From Phycisphaeraceae bacterium (GTDB taxonomy: Bacteria; Planctomycetota; Phycisphaerae; Phycisphaerales; Phycisphaeraceae): a stretch of 64,000 nt of DNA. Positions 60,433-64,000 of this stretch are shown here, in pieces; position 1 is the first letter of the stretch; each line of letters begins with the position of its first letter. The stretch spans positions 1,248,001 to 1,312,000 of the forward strand of contig OY771506.1 of assembly GCA_963674705.1 (NCBI GenBank), written 5' to 3'. The notes beneath the pieces were generated by a model. That model was not told where the DNA came from. It did not search any database and saw only the letters and a program-made list of their open reading frames with translations. The position numbers and the translations under genes were made by a program.

Positions 60433-60663
60433 ATTCCATCCCACCCCACCTGGACCCACGGCGGCTGGCACGTCTACCTCGACCACCCGGATGCCATCCG
60501 CCGAACTATTTCGTACATCGAAAACAACCCCCTCAAAATCCACCTGCCCGCCCAACACTGGGACTTCATCCAATCCTACGACGACTGGCCGCTGCACCAA
60601 GGCCACTCTCCAAATTCGCCGTATGTGAAGGCGTTGAAAAAAGCAGGGAAATGCCCTCACTAA
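60433..60663 (+). pseudogene. 3' remnant of a Y1/RAYT-like transposase
   Basis: Not in the ORF track (no start codon). Translates HPTWTHGGWHVYLDHPDAIRRTISYIENNPLK...YDDWPLHQGHSPNSPY; YIxxNP is the catalytic-Tyr motif of Y1 transposases. Confidence 0.75.
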
Positions 60664-60811
60664 GCTGCTTGCGGCTTTGCGTTAGAGCCGTTTTTGTATG
60701 CTTAATTGTTTGCGAGTTAAATTTGATTGCTCTGTGTACTTTATACAGAGATTTGGTATCGTGTGTGACGTATCAAGTCATTCACTATTCTGTGGGAATG
60801 GATTGCTTATC

Positions 60812-62626
60812 ATGTCAAAGATTGGATCACGAGTTTCATTAACTTCCATTCGCTTCAAAAATTTTAAGGCCCTGAGTGATTTTTCACTTTCCCTACAGGA
60901 CATGAATATTCTTGTCGGCACCAACAATTGTGGGAAATCAACAATTATCAGCTCTTTGCGCGTGCTTGAGTACGGTATCAAGACTGCGTCCAGGCTTAAA
61001 GCAACATATGTAGAGAGCCCAAGTGGTTCTGTATTAGGCTATAGACTGTCTACTGAAGCACTTCCAATATCAACAGAAAATGTGCACACAGAATATGCTG
61101 ACACCGATACCACTGTAAAATACACCTTTAGTAATCGTAACCACCTTCTTCTTTATTTTCCCCGTGATGGTGGTTGTATCCTAATCCCGCAATCTGAAGT
61201 CTCCGGCACTTGGATTCCTAGGACGTTTAAGGCAGCTTTTCCGATCAATATAAATGTTGTACCAGTGCTTGGGCCAGTAGAACACAATGAGCAGATAGTC
61301 CAAGATGAAACAATTAAAAGAGGTTTGACTACACATCGCGCTTCTCGCCATTTTCGTAATTATTGGTATTACAATCCAGAAGGGTTCGACTCGTTTGCTG
61401 AGATGATTATGGATACCTGGCCAGGAATGACGATTCGTAAGCCCGAAAAGCCCGATGTACTCGCCAAGTATCTCGTCATGTTTTGTGAGGAAAATAGAAT
61501 ACCACGCGAATTATTTTGGGCGGGTTTTGGATTCCAGGTTTGGTGTCAGTTATTGACACACATAGTACGGTCTAAGGACGCTACGGTCGTGGCAATTGAT
61601 GAGCCTGAAATATACCTTCATCCTGATGTTCAGCGCCAACTCCTTGGCATTCTTCGCGATCTAAGATCCGACGTCATAATTGCTACTCATTCCACTGAAT
61701 TAATCGGTGAAGCCGACCCCTCTGACATACTCTTGGTTGATAAGCACAAAAAGAGCGCGTCACGATTGAAGAAGATAGAGAATGTGCAAGACACGTTGGA
61801 TGCCATTGGCTCAATACATAATATGGTCCTCACTCAGTTAGCGAGGACACGTCGTGTTGTTTTTGTCGAGGGCATATATGATTTCAGTTTGCTTCGTAGA
61901 TTTGCCCGGCAAGCTGAATACCCAAAGATTGCTACCGGAGAAGGGTTATCTGTAGTGGAATCAGGGGGATTTTCTTCTTGGGAAAAACTGGCCGGTCTGG
62001 GTTGGGGTATTCAGCAAACGCTTGGAACTCAAGTTGATATGGCCGCTGTTTATGACCGAGATTATTGGTGTGACGAAGAATTAGACGAAATCGAATCAAG
62101 ATTGCTTAAGCATCTAAAGATGGTGTTTTTCTTGGGGCGAAAGGAGGTAGAAAACTATTTGCTTGAACCTGAAGTCCTTAGGCGTGCAACAGAACGTGCA
62201 ATTTCAGAGCGTGCTAGACGCAAGGGTGAATTCCATGACTCCACTTTTTCGACTATTAATGTGCTTAAGGAACTCACGGATGGAATGAAAGATGAAATTC
62301 AGGCCCAGTTTATTGCCAAACGCGCGAATTACCTTCGTTCGGTTGGATCAAGCAAAGATTTATCAACAATTACTCAGGAGGCCATTCGCATATTTGATGC
62401 CAAGTGGCTAACGATTGAAGGACGCATTAAAATTGCGCCTGGTAAAAGATTGCTTCGCGCCTTTCGACAAAGATTACAAGATGAAGAAGGTGTAACAATC
62501 AAGGACTGGCAAATTGTATCTTCTTATCGAAAAACAGAGATACCTAGGGAACTTGTAGATTTTTTTACAAAACTTGAGATATTCCGCGAGCATAGGAAAG
62601 AGTCGCCGCCCACCGGCACGTGGTAA
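60812..62626 (+). CDS. OLD-like ATP-dependent nuclease (ABC ATPase + TOPRIM)
   Basis: IRFKNFKA, GTNNCGKS Walker A, AIDEPEIYLHP Walker B, ATHS, then FVEG..D, YDRD and EVENYL; low GC. Confidence 0.88.
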   Translation: MSKIGSRVSLTSIRFKNFKALSDFSLSLQDMNILVGTNNCGKSTIISSLRVLEYGIKTASRLKATYVESPSGSVLGYRLSTEALPISTENVHTEYADTDTTVKYTFSNRNHLLLYFPRDGGCILIPQSEVSGTWIPRTFKAAFPININVVPVLGPVEHNEQIVQDETIKRGLTTHRASRHFRNYWYYNPEGFDSFAEMIMDTWPGMTIRKPEKPDVLAKYLVMFCEENRIPRELFWAGFGFQVWCQLLTHIVRSKDATVVAIDEPEIYLHPDVQRQLLGILRDLRSDVIIATHSTELIGEADPSDILLVDKHKKSASRLKKIENVQDTLDAIGSIHNMVLTQLARTRRVVFVEGIYDFSLLRRFARQAEYPKIATGEGLSVVESGGFSSWEKLAGLGWGIQQTLGTQVDMAAVYDRDYWCDEELDEIESRLLKHLKMVFFLGRKEVENYLLEPEVLRRATERAISERARRKGEFHDSTFSTINVLKELTDGMKDEIQAQFIAKRANYLRSVGSSKDLSTITQEAIRIFDAKWLTIEGRIKIAPGKRLLRAFRQRLQDEEGVTIKDWQIVSSYRKTEIPRELVDFFTKLEIFREHRKESPPTGTW

Positions 62627-62698
62627 AAAGTAAACAGATATGAATCTAAATACGTCATGTTGTTGTGTTAATTGTCCAGGTATTGGAGGCATTAATCC

Positions 62699-63001
62699 AT
62701 GCCCCTAACCCCCCAACAAAAACGTGCGCTCAAACAGCAAGGCCAGACCATGCCGGACGATTGTCGGTTGGGTAAGGGGCTGTTCAGTGATGCGTTTGCG
62801 GCGAATCTGAATCGGTTGCTGGATCGGAAGGGTCTTGTGAAGATGCGGTTTACGGAGCTTGAAGGCAAGGAACGCAAGGAATTGGCCAACGCGGTGTGTC
62901 AGGCGGTCGGGGCGGAGTTGGTGCAGGTCGTCGGGCGGACGGTGTTGCTGTATCGGGAGCCGAAGGAGGAGCCTCGCCCGGAGGGTGAGAGCGGGGTGTA
63001 G
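62699..63001 (+). CDS. yhbY: YhbY/CRM-domain RNA-binding protein
   Basis: LTPQQKRALK, LGKG, LVKM, ELVQVVGRTVLLYR; GGAGG RBS. Confidence 0.88.
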   Translation: MPLTPQQKRALKQQGQTMPDDCRLGKGLFSDAFAANLNRLLDRKGLVKMRFTELEGKERKELANAVCQAVGAELVQVVGRTVLLYREPKEEPRPEGESGV

Positions 63002-63252
63002 GGTTTGGGGTGTCGGGTGTAGGGTAGAAAACCGAGGGGTTGGGGGAAGTGTTTGGTTGAATGATGTGGACCCCGGCCAAGCGGCTTTGCCGCATGACCG
63101 GGCTTTGTTGCATGGCTGGGGTTTATTTTTGTGGGGGGCGTGTTGTGCATTGGGGGCCGCCGCGTGTGACGCGGCGGCTGGGGGGCGGGGTTGTTTCCGG
63201 GTTGTGCGCATGAGGGGGGCGGGGTGCACCTCTATAGAGGAGGTGTTTTGTG

Positions 63253-64000
63253 ATGGATGAATTGGATCGGAACCTGATGGAGGCGTGGGGTGAGGTGACG
63301 GCGAAGTTGCGGGGGGACCGGGGGCTTGCGCGGAAGCGTTGGCGGCGGAGTAAGGGGAGGACGTTGCAGCGGCCGCCTCGGGCGTGGTGTATGGCGGTGC
63401 GCGCGTCGGATACGCGGCTGCAGGGGTGGAACACGCTGATGGATGATCGGCGGGCGTTTGAGACGTGGCAGGGGCATCGGCTGGAGCTGGATGGTAAGCG
63501 GTTGCGTGAGTTGTGCGGGCCGGTGTGGTTGGGTTGGCCGGGGATGAGGCTGGTGGATGCGGCGCGGGAGCTTGGGAGACATCCGGAGGCGCTACGGTAT
63601 TGGTTGCCGAAGGCGGGTCGGCCGGGGCGGTCGCGACGGGTGCGTGCGCATAAAGCACCGCGTCGTTACGAGGAGGTGAATGAGCAGGGCGCGGTTTTTT
63701 GTGTGCGGTATGAGAAGGCGCAGTGTCATGGGCACTTCGGGATGGATGTGCCTGTGGTTTGGACGGATGTGCCTTTGAATCCGGGTGCGTCGTTCGGGCG
63801 ATCGCCGCACGCGGTTTGGGGGTCGATGTGGCAATACCTTGGGCAGGGTGTTCAGGATGAGTATGTACTTCAGGTGGAACGTGTGCCGAGGTATCGGCCA
63901 TACGGTGACGGGACGGAGCGGTTCAGGGGATGGAACTTTGTGTGCCCGGGGCGGTACGACCCGGCGACGGGCGAGCATCGGTCGTGTGGGCGGCTGGTGC
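63253..64000 (+). CDS. Hypothetical basic protein with an HTH-like segment and a Cys cluster; runs off the window
   Basis: Not in the ORF track. Open frame from ATG 63253 (AGGAGG upstream): MDELDRNLMEAW...RPPRAWCMAVRASDTR...LVDAARELGRHPEALRYW...GWNFVCPG...SCGRLV. Confidence 0.72.
   Translation, partial: MDELDRNLMEAWGEVTAKLRGDRGLARKRWRRSKGRTLQRPPRAWCMAVRASDTRLQGWNTLMDDRRAFETWQGHRLELDGKRLRELCGPVWLGWPGMRLVDAARELGRHPEALRYWLPKAGRPGRSRRVRAHKAPRRYEEVNEQGAVFCVRYEKAQCHGHFGMDVPVVWTDVPLNPGASFGRSPHAVWGSMWQYLGQGVQDEYVLQVERVPRYRPYGDGTERFRGWNFVCPGRYDPATGEHRSCGRLV

Noticed and set aside
62705..63901. 398-aa Pro/Ala/Thr-rich minus-strand ORF
   Set aside because: Low-complexity product of the G-rich plus strand; it overlaps yhbY and the plus-strand ORF at 63253.

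Overview
GC-rich bacterial chromosomal segment. It is most likely from a planctomycete of the Phycisphaerae type; this is an inference from a PEP-CTERM protein, a CxxCxYDLRG..CPECG zinc-finger membrane protein and planctomycete-like Y1/RAYT transposases. It holds about 58 protein genes. Stand-alone housekeeping genes (polX, pepC, atpD, ParA-family, flgM, folP, murC, rdgB, leuC-like, yhbY) are interleaved with lower-GC cargo genes, a redox-stress islet (about 49.7-55.3 kb) and a Fic plus OLD-like ABC-ATPase/TOPRIM islet (about 59-62.6 kb). I found no rRNA, tRNA or CRISPR array. The main unexplained structure is a dense set of short repeats: two intact HUH (RAYT-like) transposases, each with its own palindromic REP family, one RAYT remnant, and several further REP/REPIN or periodic inverted-repeat families. 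These repeats sit in frame inside murC, the ParA gene and a RAYT gene, and they bracket cargo genes. Two cargo blocks are flanked by diverged duplicates of the end of the neighbouring host gene (MATE 5' end, rdgB 3' end). Other signals: a qualitative C-rich to G-rich strand-skew switch near 21-25 kb, a tandem DnaA-box/AT-rich locus at 17.3 kb, leaderless-type promoters on many genes, a class IV aminotransferase-like protein lacking the catalytic Lys paired with a sulfotransferase-like gene, and a signal-peptide-bearing rubrerythrin paired with a DUF2231 membrane protein. All product calls come from motif recognition by eye; no database search was run.
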